NCBI RefSeq assembly: GCF_009914755.1
Contig: NC_060926.1
Source: the human T2T-CHM13v2.0 reference genome, Homo sapiens
Reading direction: 5' to 3' (one strand)
Length of the DNA: 64,000 nt
Positions 40,033 through 53,834 of the stretch are shown piece after piece; position 1 is the stretch's first letter; every line of letters starts with the position of its first letter. Position numbers and translations under genes: made by a program. The notes under the pieces are model-generated. The model was not told where the DNA came from and did no database searches. It saw nothing but the letters and a program-made list of their open reading frames with translations.

Positions 40033-40182
40033 CATCTAAAACTCCTTCTCAGCATGTTTCCCTCTGACCACGTCCTTTCATTGGAACTCTCCCTGCCTGG
40101 TTTTCTCACCTCTTCTTCCCCTGCTACCTGCCATCTCTTTTTCTCAGACTCTTATGAGTTATCTTCTTCCCACCCCTGGCAG
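40033..40182 (+). repeat. Left arm of ~150 bp local inverted duplication
   Basis: Aligns by eye at roughly 80-85% identity to the reverse complement of 41049-41201. The ORF track echoes this: SDHVLSLELSLPGFLTSSSPATCHLFFSDSYELSSSH versus SDHFRPLKLSLPDFLTSSPSPSTCHLFFSVSYELSSSSH. Confidence 0.92.
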
Positions 40183-40764
40183 CTTCTATCCTTAGTTCTC
40201 TTCCCTTCCCATCTTCCCCCTGCCCCCACACCCCCCATCCCAGGCATCTCAGCTCTGCCCCAGCATCAGTGTCTGGAACAAGCTGGACACTGTTTCCATC
40301 TGTGCTGGCCCCATCCCATGGGCTCCAGGTCCATGATGTACCATGAGCAGGATGTCTCCAGTGGCAAGACCCTGAGTCACGTCAAACCAACCTTATCCCA
40401 AATACAATTCCTATCATACTGCCAGAGCCCTGAGAGCGACTTGGACTGAATCCTCTTCCTCTCCACCTCCTTCCCTCCTCCCCAGATCTGGCATCTGAGT
40501 CAGCTCCAGTCTGAGAGTAGCTGCTTTCAGACACAGACCAACATTTTCTCTTTTTTCCCTCCTCAAAGCTTTTGGCTGGATCCCCTCTCATTACGGCATC
40601 CGAGGTCTTCTTGGCTCACACTTTCTGGCCTCTTCCTGCATCCTGAGCTTCCACTCCACTAGCTCTGAACATTCAGTTGTCCCTGACCCCAGTTCTCCAG
40701 TGTATCCTTCTGCCTGGGTCCGTCTGGTTTCTTGGTGGACTTGTAATCACCCTTAAAGACCCTA

Positions 40765-41048
<284 letters not shown>

Positions 41049-41201
41049 CTGCCACGGTGGGAAGAAGAGGAGAGCTCATAAGAAACTGAGAAAAAGAGAT
41101 GACATGTAGAAGGGGAAGGAGAAGAGGTGAGGAAATCAGGCAGGGAGAGTTTCAAGGGACGGAAGTGGTCAGAGAGAAACAGGCCAGGCATGTTTTAGAT
41201 G
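41049..41201 (-). repeat. Right arm of ~150 bp local inverted duplication
   Basis: Its reverse complement reads catctaaaac...ctctgaccac...aactctccctgcctg...ctcacctcttct...catctctttttctcag..tcttatgag...tcttcttcccacc..tggcag, as in 40033-40182. Confidence 0.92.
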
Positions 41202-41812
41202 TGAAAACAGGTCTCGAGACTCTGACTCTAGAAAAAGAAAACAGACGCTGTTCAAAGGCTACCTGCTTTGGGGTAGCCTAAAGCATGGCCCCTGCACTCT
41301 CAACTCATGCTGCTTCGGCAAAGCAGGTCCTACTGTGCCGGGGTCATCTCTCTGCTCCGCTTGCCCCTCCTCCTGAAGGCTGTAGGAGTGCCCAGTGCAA
41401 GGACCACTCCTTATGCCTCTGCCTGTCCCTGGCCTTTCCCACCCTCTCACTCCAGCCCCCAGGCAGTCCTGTGCAGCCCGGGCTGGAGACACCTGTGAGC
41501 CCATCCACAGCCGGGCTTCGGGCAGTGGGGGTTGCAGGGGTGGGGGTGGGGCAGGAGGACACCTGCAGGCTCCTCACAGGGTCCAGTGCTGCTTTCCACC
41601 CTGCAGTGGGGACACCTGCTCCAGTTACTCTTGCAACACCATTATACTTTCTCTTCTCTTCTTCAATTTTATTGTTTCCTCTCTCTCCTTCTCTGAGTTC
41701 TAGGCAAAAGGGAAAAATGTTGTGGACAGGGTTTGGAGGGGGATGCGTGGGTCATCAGAACACGAGAAGGAATGAGAGAATTGTTGCTTTTTTTGTCTTC
41801 TTTTTCTGTTAA

Positions 41813-41946
41813 CTTAGCTATGTATGCCTAGTGTTCCATTATTGGAACACTATGCATGCAGGAGTTATTTATATCCTACTGCTCAAGGTCATTGCCAAAG
41901 TCTGATTGCCAAAATTCAAAAAATTGCAACCTCAGGCATACATGGG
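41813..41946 (+). mobile_element. MER85 (piggyBac/PGBD3-derived MITE)
   Basis: atgcctagtgttccattattggaac...ggagttatttatatcctactgctcaaggtcattgccaaagtctgattgc.aaaattcaaaaaattgcaacctcaggcata.atggg matches the ~140 bp MER85 consensus. TTAA at 41809-41812 and 41947-41950. Left TIR is degenerate. Confidence 0.93.
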
Positions 41947-41950
41947 TTAA

Positions 41951-42112
41951 AATCAAGATACAATTCTCATGCCATAAATTTCACCCTTTCAAAGTGTACA
42001 AGTCAATCATTTTCTATATTTACAAAGTTGTGCAAATATCACCACTCTAATTGCAGGAAGAAACCCATTGGCAGTCACTCCTCACTTGCTCTTCTCCCAT
42101 CTTATTAGCTCC
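41951..42112 (-). mobile_element. L1MB-like 3' end fragment (MER85 sits in its T-rich tail)
   Basis: agatacaattctcatgccataaatttcaccctttcaaagtgtacaa...tatatttacaaagttgtgcaaatatcaccact...cccattggcagtcactcc. Confidence 0.72.
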
Positions 42113-42817
42113 TAATTACAGCATTATAGACATCTTTTTCGGGGGAGGGGGGCGCTGGGGATAACATAAAAGTTAAAAAATATTTTACTTCTAATAAGTG
42201 TTAAATTATATAAATAACCCTAGTATCACAGACCTGACTGCAACGTGCACATGCTTTTGTGCACAGTGGTTTCAGGTGGAAATGTACGTCCCATAAGTTG
42301 ATGTTTGCAAAGTGTTTAGAACTGTGCCTGGTACCTAGTAAGTGCCAGACTGTCTGCTAATGAGCTAACCAAATGGCAGCATTATCAGGAGAGGTAGGAT
42401 TTCTGGACTGATGACAGACACAAGAATCCAAGTTTTCTCTAAAAGGATCAAATGGAAAATCCTATCTGTTCAAGTGTGGCCAAGCACCATATTTGAAACA
42501 CAAGGTTGTCCTTAAGAGGGGGATGATTCCTTATTAAATGTTGGAAAGTATTCCTAGCCTCCCTCCAGGGAGAAGCCAGGGAATAGGACCGATTTCAAGA
42601 AAAATGCAGTCAAATGAAAGTAGAATTACAAGATTTTGCAACAATAATTCCAACAAGTGGATTCTTTCCATTCGTTATTAATTGTATTCCCACTGGACCC
42701 TTCAGAGTCGATGGTGTTTCTATTCTTATTAGCATCAATATTCATGAGGGTCTCTTGTCCCCTCTTCTGCAAGATGGAGGAGTTATAACAACATGGGTTT
42801 CTCATACAATGTTTTAA

Positions 42818-43154
<337 letters not shown>

Positions 43155-43899
43155 ATGGCTAGCAGGATGCAAGAAGACCTGGCTCTGAAGCCATGCTTAA
43201 GGACACTGTGCAATGGGGGACAAATCCGCAGGTGCTATGGGAACCCAGAGACCCAGCTGGAGGCTCTGGGAGGAATTCCATCTGGAAGCAAACATGCCGT
43301 GTCCAGAGGTCAGGGTGATCTGGCAGAGGCAGTGCTGGAAAGGAGTGTGTGCAACAGCAGGGCTGTGGCCCCAGCTGGAATCAGGGCTGCGGGTGGGGAG
43401 GCTGGAGGCAGCTTTCTGGAAATGACTTGGCAGGTAGGAGCAAGGTCCAGGTGGGAACCTTGAACACAGGGCAGAAGACAGAAAACAGGCTGGTACAACG
43501 GGACTCAGAAGTCAGGACCATGCAGGGCACGTGGTTTCCAGAAGTGAATAAAGGGGTGAATTGGCCACAGGAGGAGTTGGAGCCTGCACTGGCAGGAGAG
43601 GCACTGGGAGCAGTGCTGCCCTGGGGCCGAGTGGTCTGAGGAATGACGGAGGCCTTCTCTGTAATGCAGAGGGCAGAAGAATGGGGCCGCAGGAGAGTTC
43701 CCACAGCTGCAGCTGTGAGGAGAGGAGAGTCAAATCTGGGAAGGGCACCCAGCTGGTCTTTGCAGTGATGCAGTGTGAGTTCTCATGCCCGGTGGCCACT
43801 CTTCCCTGGCTGTGCTCCCATTTGGTCTAAGTGTGAGACACAGGACTGGATGCCGGGCTTCAGCAGTGGGCAGGCGGATGAGAATTCATGTAATGCCCA

Positions 43900-44060
43900 G
43901 CTCAAGGTGTGGCTCTGGAATAAGGCAGGCCTGGGTTTGAATCTCAACTTTCCCCCTAACCACTATCATGGCCGTGGAGCTGTTACCAACTCTTCTTGCA
44001 CAAGGCTGATAACATGCACGTGTAAGGACGTATGAAATAATGTATGCAAACAGCATCTAT
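43900..44060 (+). mobile_element. MIR fragment
   Basis: ggctctggaataaggcaggcctgggtttgaatctcaact...atgaaataatgtatgcaaa. Confidence 0.58.
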
Positions 44061-44135
44061 GGTTACGACAAATGAAGCCCGTGAAAATCAGTTGATTGCG
44101 TTGGCTCGGTACTCTGCGTGTCCTGGCCCCCACAT

Positions 44136-44283
44136 CAGTGTTCCTTAATCTTTTTTATTTTTAAAGGCACAAACTCCTTTCAAAGCCTGATTAAAGCTTT
44201 GCATGCTCTCCCCGCAAAACCCACGCATACATTTTTCAAGGAATTTCAGATGTTGTATGGACACTGGTGTTGAGAATTGCTAC
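44136..44283. mobile_element. Probable hAT-Charlie non-autonomous element
   Basis: Ends cagtgttccttaatc...gttgagaattgcta resemble hAT TIRs. Interior cctttcaaagcctgattaaagct...ctctccccgcaaaa. Family not assigned. Confidence 0.4.
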
Positions 44284-44394
44284 TCTTGACTTGAGGACAG
44301 GACTGCTTTTGTGACTGCCATCTTATCTGTCATTGCGCCATGTACAAGTATAATCCTACACAAATGCTTTAAAGATAGAATTTGCAAAACTGGC

Positions 44395-44578
44395 ATTGTG
44401 ATATGCAAGGCATCCTATGCATAGACAAAAACTAAAACCACCATAAAAGGCAAGTTGGGATAATTGGGGAAATTTAAGTTGGGCGGTAGAGAAGATGAGA
44501 TTGTTAAATTCATGTTTCCATTCTTAGGGGTGATCACACCACTTCGGTCACCTAGGGGAAGATCCTTGCTCTCAGGGT
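44395..44578 (+). mobile_element. Old L1 (L1ME/MC-like) 3'UTR fragment
   Basis: ataaaaggcaagttgggataattggggaaattt...ttcttaggggtgat...aggggaagatccttgctctcagg. Confidence 0.45.
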
Positions 44579-45199
44579 GGAACTGTCAATGCTGTAGCTC
44601 CATGCTCCTGGGGTCTTACGGCTTTCTAGGTCCCCACTAGGAGTGGGTCATTTCCCTGGCCAGCTCCTGTGAGTGGTCAGTGAGAATCAACTTGCTCTAT
44701 TCAATCTTCCCTTAACTTTGCCCCTCAAATTCCTAAGCTCTATGGAAGAAGATTTTACTTCTTTCATAAGAAGTGGAGAGTTTCCCTAAGCCCTCCTGGC
44801 CATGGTACAAATACTTTCTGAGCTGATGGGTTTCCAGCTCGTAAACGGCCTTGGCACTGGAGTGGGTCTTTCTTGCCATGTTTCCGAACTAAGCATCATT
44901 TCTTTACTTTCTTGATGGGAGTTGGGTTGGGTGTACCAGGATGAGGCATTCTGAATCCTCAAATATCTTGGGATTGATTCTTCCCTAAAAGGCTGTGGGC
45001 ATGTGAAAAAAGTAAACACCGGGGAAGTTAGGAGGCTGGGGTCTGAATGAACTTATTCTGTGACCTTGGACAAAGCATTTGATTTCCCGGGGCCTCTGTG
45101 TTCTTGGAGGCTACCTAAGGTCAGTGGACTCAATGCCTCTCAGTGAGTGGTAAACGTCTGAGCCACTCGTGGAATATTACAACCACGCAGAAATCCCAA

Positions 45200-45325
45200 A
45201 CTTCCAAACACATGCCTGGCTTCCACTCCTGGGAGCTCTTAATCAGCAGGCCTGGGGTGGGGCCCGGTCTAGGGGAAAAAGTCCGCGTAATATTCTGATG
45301 CACACGTCTGTTGGGGAACCACGGA
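45200..45325. mobile_element. MER5A-like fragment
   Basis: aatcagcaggcctggggtggggccc...attctgatgcacacgtctgttggggaaccacgg. Confidence 0.55.
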
Positions 45326-46372
45326 GTGGAATGACGTCCAACACAGCTCCTGCCAGAGGAGGGGCTGTTAAGTGGCTTCCAAAACAAGCTGAGGTTCAGA
45401 AACACAGCCCCGTGAGGCTGACTCAGTGTTGGGGCCATTCACATTCTTCCTGGATGAGGTCGCGTCAGGCAGTGCTCTTTTCTCCTCCACCCGTAGCTTA
45501 CAGATGTGGGGTGCCTCCCTCCAGCTGAGGGAGGGAGTGTTTTCACGCACGCTGGCCGGCCCTGTGCCTTCCAAGGGGTCGTTTGAACTCAAGTGCTGCA
45601 GTCGAGGCAAAGGAGTCCCTGGGATGACAGTTGAGGTGGGTTTCAAAGAAGCCTATTTTCAGCCCGGGAGGGGCCGGCTTCTGCACTCTCCGAGTTTCCC
45701 TGGAGTGCTGTCACCAGCCTCTGGCTGCCAGATTTCACAACCGGTGTCTGGGTTTGCTAGAATCACACCCCCTTTCCAAGGAGAAGCCAAGGCTTGACCT
45801 AGCCACGCTTTTTGTGTGTTAAACACGAAGCTGATTCTGCTCCCCAAAATGAGAATTAACATCCTGGGAGTGTCAGAGGCTGGTTTTCCTAAGGATTTTA
45901 GGGATTTTGGATCTTGTTTCTTCTAGGGTTCACATCTTAAAATATGGTAGCCCAAGTAATGAATTGCCTCAGAACACATTTATGCAGCCTCTAGTTGTCC
46001 TCTGTCCAACATCTCGAACAAACTCTGAATACCTTCCTTCTGGGCCCTTCTTTCTGAGAAGCCCAGGTGAAGGGCACTGATGCCTCAGTTGGGAGGGACT
46101 CCATGTTTGACTGGGTTGCGCGTCCTATAAACTGGCCACAGTTCTCCTCATGTTACCATGGTCCCCTGGCCATCACTGCCTTCCATGGCCCCTGGAAAGG
46201 AGTATTTCTGGCCCCTTGATCTCCTGAATGACACCAGGCAGCCCACCTGTGCACTCCAGGTACCATCTCCCCACGTCAGTCACGCTTCCAGACTCAGTCC
46301 TCCCGAATAGTACGCACTGCAGCCTATGAGAAAGCAGAGTAAAATGTTATCTTCAAACACTCACAAAGTATG

Positions 46373-46986
46373 TGTAGTGGATTGTATGGTGGCCCGTTTG
46401 AAAAAATATCTTCACATCCTAGTCCCTGGGACCTGTGAATATTACCATATTTGGAAAGAGTCTTTGCAGCTATAATTAAGCTAAAGATCACGAATGACAA
46501 GTGGTATGGTTTGAATGTGTCCCTCAAAAAGCATGTGCTGGAACACCTTCTGCCATGGGCTGATGCAGCAAGAAGGTCCTCACCAGATGCAGGCTCCTTG
46601 ACCTTGGGCTTCTCAGCCTCCAGAACTTGAGAAATAAACTTCTTTTCTCTGTCAATTACCCAGTCTGTGGTATTCTGCTATAGCAGATGAAAATTGACTA
46701 ATACAAGTGTCCTAATAAGAGGCATATAGAGGGGAGACACAGAGGACAAGGCAATGTGACTGTGGAGGGTAGAGATGGAAGTGATGAGACCACATGTCCA
46801 GGAATGTCTAGAGTTGTCAGAGCTGGAGGGGTAAGGAAGGACTCTCCCCTAGTGCCTTTGTGGAGAGCACTGCCCTGCAGACACTTTGATTTCAGACTTC
46901 CAGCCTCCAAAAATGTGACACTTTTTGCTGTTTTAAACCACCTAGTTTGTGGTTATTTATTATGGCAGCCAAAAGAAACTAATACA
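46373..46986 (+). mobile_element. MaLR solo LTR (MLT1C-like) hosting a second LTR
   Basis: tgtagtggattg...ccctgggacctgtgaatattaccatatttggaaagagtctttgcag [insert] gtgtcctaataagagg...ttgatttcagacttccagcctcca...ttttaaaccacctagtttgtgg...gaaactaataca. Confidence 0.87.
46502..46705 (+). mobile_element. Nested, internally deleted MaLR LTR (MST/MLT1A-like)
   Basis: tggtatggtttgaatgtgtccctc...gatgcagcaagaaggtcctcaccagatgc...cagcctccagaac..gagaaataaa...attacccagtctgtggtattctgctatagcag...gactaataca. Confidence 0.82.
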
Positions 46987-47001
46987 GCACATGTGTGAGC
47001 A

Positions 47002-47037
47002 CGCACACACACACACACACACACAGACAGACACACA
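47002..47037. repeat. (CA)n microsatellite, interrupted
   Basis: cgcacacacacacacacacacacagacagacacaca. Confidence 0.9.
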
Positions 47038-47650
47038 TGAGGCAGCCATGAGCACAGAGGACTCTTGGAGGAGAGCAGAGGACATCTTGAGAGAAGCTGA
47101 CACCGCAGCGGCAGCACTGATACCACGACCCACATCCTCCCTTGATGCCCTCATCATTTCCATCCAGGCCCTGCTTCTCGCCCAGAAGCCATCCACCATT
47201 CAGCTTGGTCTCCAGGTCACTGCCCCAGGAGGTACTGCTCTCAGCTCTGTGCCCCAACAGACCCACACTGCAGGAGGCTGACAGTGGACCTCCCCAGAGC
47301 CATCCCCACCTCAGGCAGATGAGCTCTGCCCTCCCAGGTTCAGGTGTTCCTCATCTGGCCCCCTGCTTGCTCAAGGGCCCTTCTCCCTTGACATTCAGCT
47401 CTGCTAGGCTGTTCCATCTTGCCCCCATGACCACAGGCAGCCCATGAGCCATTCAACTCTGCTCCTTCCAAACCTGTGCGTGATTGCATTTTGTCATGGA
47501 CTGCACGTCCCAGCCACAGGAGCCTTGGACAAAGATATTTTATTTTATTTTTCTCCTGGAAATACGCTCCGGGAATCCTTTCTTTATCATATGGATTTTA
47601 AAGATGATTTGAGCCATTTGGATTTAAATAAAGAGAATCCTGAGGACTTT

Positions 47651-47986
<336 letters not shown>

Positions 47987-50021
47987 TGAGCCTGTTGATT
48001 TTGGGGAGTAGGCTGAAGTCAGCTTTTCCTTTCTCACAGAAAGGTTTTCAGCACATCAATACTGCGAATTATCTATCATTAACATTGCTCTGAGAGTAAA
48101 AGTTCTATATTCTGTGTAAATTTTCATAGTGACTATGAATATGTCTAAAATAGAAATACACTTTCTAGAGATGCACCAATCATGCTTTGTGTCACTATTT
48201 TATCTCTTAACATATGGAGTTTGACATTCCCTGGAATGGTATTTTCTTTTAATTTAGCGTTGATAAGATAGAGAGTCCCACATAAAACAAATATGCCTAA
48301 ATAAATATAAAGAGGTAAGCAGTTCATGACTTTGCAAGGGCCAGATAATGAGACTATCTCTTTTTTATCTTCACATCAACTCTTACCAGGACCTTGTGTG
48401 GAGAGGTGGACGCTTCAGCTTTCACTTTCTCTGCTTCTTTGTAAGATTCTATGAAGTCTTGTTTCCAGCAGGATAAATCAGTTAGCCTCACTATGTCCCT
48501 CCTGTCTACAGGGCAATGGGGATTCTTTTCATTCCAGCTGGAAATTTATCTTCTGATTTTCTGTGCACATTAAATACATTCCTTCCGTCTGCCTTCCCAT
48601 CTATCATGGTGGAACATTGCAGGGATGGGATCTGATGGGGAAGGTCAGATGGAACACCTGTTGGACACACTACTTTTGTCAAGTAATAACCAGAGAGAAA
48701 ATAATTGAAAGAAGACAGATAACTCATTACCAATTATAGTGTAGGGCCATCTTGGCTTCAAATGTAGAGTTCAAGCTAAGAATATGTGGAAACTAAGTAA
48801 TATTTTTAAAAGAGCGTGTTTACGTGTTAGACATGGTTCATATGTTCTGTTAGACTTCAGAATTGTAAGCCGTCAAGGAGAGGCTACAAGAGACCCAAAA
48901 TAATTTAACTTTGCATCATGGGTAGTTCACTCTCAAAATAAAATCTTCCTAGTCATGATGTCATTGAATTACTAATTAAAGCAATAATATCACCATTTTG
49001 TAATACTCTAAAAATATTATTATTAGAAGGCTAAAGTGGGTGGAACTCACCGGATTACTCTGGGCTGACAGCAGGGTCTTGAGATAAACAGCCAGAGTTG
49101 GCATTTGAGGCAAATGGGCATCAAGTCACGGCAGTGAATCCTTGGGTGGCTGAGGTGGTGGTTGGGGACTGGCTGATGTACACGCTTAGGAAAACACACA
49201 CTGCCTCTCTTCTAGCCCCTGCCTGAGGCATGCCTAACCCATGCCAGGACCTTTTGATAATATTAGTGTTTTGTAATTTGTTTATTCCATTTTTCTCTCC
49301 AGCTTTCAGGAAACTCAGAGCTAAATTTAGAGTTCATGAGTAAGAATTATTTCACATCAATCATCTTCCTCTGATGAATAAGGTGGTCTCTATTCTGCTT
49401 TGACTCTTAATCCCCTGTTACATTTTGGAAGTATGTGGGGACACCAGGACCCAGCTAGGAATCAGACTTTATGTTCCGAAGAAGAGGAGTGGAGAGGAGC
49501 AAGGTTGGATGAAGAGCTTGGGGCAGACTGGGCTGGTGGGGAAAGGTCAAGGTCCAGAAGAGGGAAGGAGTTCTGCAGGGAGCCTCCGCAAGTCTCCCCA
49601 GCTCTTCCCACATACCCTCCCCACCCCCCACAGTGTCCCTCCACCCACCCATCAGGATGACAAATGGAGGCAGCCATCATTCTCCCTGCAGAGGGGCGGG
49701 CTGCCTCTCTGATGAATCCTGCTGGGCTGGACTGGAGCTTAAACCTAAAATAATGCGCAGTTTCATTACCAAATTCTAGAAAGGTTTTATATGTATTCAT
49801 AGTGGGAGATAAGGTGAGTAAAATAACCCTTTGCCCATAATTCTTCTGAAGCATGTGTTTTCAAAATATTGTTTTACCCAGAGGATGCCACCTTCAAATA
49901 GTTGAAGCAACTTCTAAGAGGGCCAGGCTGTCAAAATTGAGTTTAATGCATGAATTGTAGTTCAACCCTACAAACAAAATCCATTCTACTGGAATTCTTT
50001 ACTTAATGTCTGTATTTTTTA

Positions 50022-50195
50022 AATGGCTTTTCCTAAATGTGGTCCAGAATGACTTGCTTTAGAATCATCTAGAAATCTGCAGACCTGTAGGGAGGACCTG
50101 TTCTATAACTGCTTAATTACAAATGCTCAGAATAGAGCATGGGCCTAACAGGTTCTGAAAAGATACTCAGGCAAAATAAAGTTTGAGACCCACTA
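50022..50195. mobile_element. MER5-like hAT fossil
   Basis: Termini aatggcttttcctaaatgtggtcc and aaagtttgagacccacta, with internal ttagaatcatctag. Confidence 0.5.
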
Positions 50196-50198
50196 CAT

Positions 50199-50402
50199 TA
50201 GGGGTTGGCAAACATTTTCCTTTAAAGAGCCAGATAATAAATATTTTAGGTTTTGTGAGCCATAGGTCTCTGTGCCAACTATTCAACCCGGCCATAGACG
50301 ATACATAGATGGATGGGCGTGGCTGTGTTCCAATAAAACTTTATTTACAAAAATAGATGGTGGAACTGAATGTGGCCCACACCCTACAATTTGCCAATGC
50401 CT
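50199..50402 (+). mobile_element. MER58A hAT-Charlie fossil
   Basis: aggggttggcaaac...agccagataataaatattttagg...ggtctctgtgccaactattcaac...gggcgtggctgtgttccaataaaactttatttacaaaaa...tttgccaatgcct. Confidence 0.9.
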
Positions 50403-51072
50403 CACCAGACAGTGAGTTTAGAGAGTGGAACTGTATTTGTTTTGTTTGCTACTGTCAGAAATCAGCAAAGTGTGTATTATAAAATCGTCACTTGGTAAAC
50501 ACTGATTAAGTGCATAAATCAATGAATACTTACGATGGACACTGACATTCAAGGTTTCTTTTAATTCACATAAAGTATAATTCACTGTTTTTGGTGTACA
50601 GTTCGATGAATTTTGGCAAATTAGTAGTGTCATGTGACTACCATTGTAATTAGGATGTGGAGCAGTTCCACTCCACCTGGAACTGGCTACCTGTATGGTA
50701 GTCTCATACCATACTGATCTGTTCTCTGTCCCTGTGGTTTAGCCTTTGCCAGAAGGTCAAATAAATGGAACAATAGAGCCCTCAGTTTTTTGAGTCTGGC
50801 TTCTTTCATTTAGTTTAGTGCATTTGTGGTTCTTCTATGTTGTTCATGTATCAGTGAACTGAGTAGAATTTCATTGTGTGTAAATATCACAGTTTTTTTA
50901 CCCATTCCTCAGTTGAGGGGTATTTTGGTTGTTTCCAGTTTGGGGCAATTACAAATAAAGCCAACTTCATGTGCAGATATTTTTGTAGCCATGTGTTTTC
51001 ATTTACCTTGGGTAAGTACCTAGGAGTTGTGTAGTAAGTATATGTTTAACTTTATTAGAAATGGTCAGACTG

Positions 51073-51443
51073 TGTATTAGTCCATTTTCACACTGCTATA
51101 AACACATACAATTTATAAAGGAAAGAGGTTTACTTGTCTCAGTTCCGCAGGGCTGGGGAGGCCTCAGGAAACTTACAGTCATGGTAGAAGGCGGAAAGGA
51201 AGAAAGGCACTTTCTTCACAAGGCTCCAGGAAGAAGTGCTGAGCAAAGGGGGAAAAGCCCCTTATAAAACCATCAGATCTCATGAGAACTCACTCACTAT
51301 CACCAGAACAGCATGGGGGGAACTGCCCTCATGTTTCAATTACCTCCACCTGGTCTCTCCCTTGACATGTGGGGATTGTGGAGATTAGGAGTGTTATAAT
51401 TTAAGATGAGATTTGGGTTGGGACACAAAGCGTAACCATATCA
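51073..51443 (-). mobile_element. THE1D-like solo LTR inserted in the L1M
   Basis: tgtattagtccattttcacactgctataaa...ggggaggcctcaggaaacttaca...ttataaaaccatcagatctcatgagaactcactcactatcac...gggacacaaagcgtaaccatatca. 5-bp TSD gactg/gacta. Confidence 0.93.
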
Positions 51444-53470
51444 GACTACTTTCCAAAGCTGTCCTACTTTGTGTACCTCCAGGCGACGCGTGAGAGTTCT
51501 AGTTGTTCTGCATTCATGCCAGCATTCAATAGTGTTATTTTTTAATATTACTCTAATAAGTATGTTACAGTATCCCCTTGTGGTTTTAATTTGCATATTC
51601 TTAATTAGTAATGATTTTGAGCATCTTTTCATAGGCTTATTTGCCATCTGTATGTTTTCTTTGGTAAAGTATTTTTTAAAATTTGGTCCATTTTTTAAAA
51701 ATTGGGCTTTGGTTTTCTGTTGAATTTCAAGAGTTGTTTATATATTCTTGGTACAAGTTTATTGTCAGTTACGTGATTTGCAAATATTTTCTCTCAGTAG
51801 GTGGCTTGTCTTCCCATTATTTATTATAGAACAAAGATTTTTAAATTTTGATGATGTCTAATTTATCATTTGTTTTCCTTTACGGATTGTGCTTTCTTTG
51901 TCTTATCTGAGAAATCTTTGCCCATCACAATGTCACAGATTTGTTTCTTACGTTTTCTTTAAGGCTTTATAATTTTACATTTAGGTCTATAATCCACTTT
52001 GAGTTAAGTTTTATATAAGGTATGAGATATAGATCAAGATTTTTGTTTTTGCATATGGATGTCCAATTTTAAAATCCATTCGTTGAAAAGAATATCCTTT
52101 CTTCATTGAATTGCCTTGGTGTGTTTGTTGAAAATTAATTGACCGTATCCTGGGGGGTCTATTTTTGAACTCTCTGTTCTGTTTCATTGGTCTGTGTATC
52201 TGTTATTTCACCAATACTGCACCAACTTGATTACCATAGTTTTATAACAATTCTTGCATCAAGTAATCTGAGTTCTCCAACTTTGTTCTTTTTCAAAATT
52301 ATCCTGGCTATTCTAGTTCCTTTGCCTTTTCATATAAATTTTAAAATCAGCTTGTCAATGTCTACAAAAAAAAAGCCTTGCTGGGATTTTAATTGGGATT
52401 ACATTGAATCTATACATCAAAATGGGAAGAATTAATCCTTTAACAACATTGAGTCTTCCAATCCATGATCACAGAATGTGTCTCTAATTATTTAGGTCCT
52501 TTGTGATCTCTTTCATCAGTGTTTTATAGCCTTCTGCATACAGATCCTGAACATATTTTGTTAGATTTATACCTAAGTGCTTAATTGAGTGGGGAGGGAG
52601 AAGAGTGCTATTGTAAATGGTATTTTCTTAATTTCAAGTTCTAATTGTTCATTATTGGTATATAGGATATCAGTTGACTTTTTCTATTGACCTTGTATCC
52701 TGTGATCTTTCTCCTTGTGCAACTTGTATTTCTTTTAATTCTTTTTCTTGCATTATTGCACTAGTTAGGATTTCTAGTATGATGTTGAATAGGATTGAAG
52801 GGAGAGTACATCCTTGTCTAGTTTTTTATATTAGGGGGAAAGCATTTAGTATTTGATTATTAAGCTTGATGTTAGCTGTAATTGGTTTTATATACCTTTA
52901 TTAGGTTAATGAAGTTTTCAAGTGTTGAATTGTGTCGAATGCATTCTGTTTTGCATTCATTATTGAGATCATTTGGATTTTCTTATCTAGCCTGTTAATA
53001 TGATGAATTATATTATTGATTTATGAATGTTGAATCAGCCTTATATTCCTTAATGGAGTTCACTTGGTCTTGATGTGTTTATCCTTTTTATATATTGTTA
53101 GATTAGATTTTCTAAATTATTAAATATTTTTGCTTATGAGAAGTATTGGCATGTAGTTTTCTTGTTGGTGTAACATCTTTGTGTGCTTTGGGGATTATGA
53201 TAATTCTGGATCCATAGAGTAATTTGGGAGTGTTCTCTTCTTCTATTTACTGGAAGAGTCTGTAAAGAATTGGTATTATTTCTTCCTTAAATGTTTGGTA
53301 ACATTCAGCAGTGAAATTCTCTGGGTCTGGTACTTTCTTTTTTGGAAGGTTATTAGTTGTTGATTCAATTTCTCTAAAAGATATATGGCTACTTAGTTTA
53401 CTGAATTATCCTTAAGTGAGTGTTGGTAGTTTGTGCTTTTTAAGGATTAGTCTATTTCATTTGTCATTAA

Positions 53471-53834
<364 letters not shown>

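Noticed and set aside
42640-42775. Minus-strand peptide ...ETLMNIDANK... resembling the L1 RT motif SLMNIDAK
   Set aside because: The match is only ~6 residues and the flanks do not resemble L1, so it is probably chance.
49226-49246. Possible p53 response element (aggcatgcct a acccatgcca)
   Set aside because: Only one perfect half-site; the second has three mismatches.
51332-51342. DUX4 site expected in THE1 LTRs
   Set aside because: Reads tgtttcaatta instead of tgattcaatta, and the second candidate near 51130 is also degenerate.
51441-51647. ORF with clear protein similarity
   Set aside because: A fragment of decayed L1 ORF2, not a host gene. Annotated within the L1.
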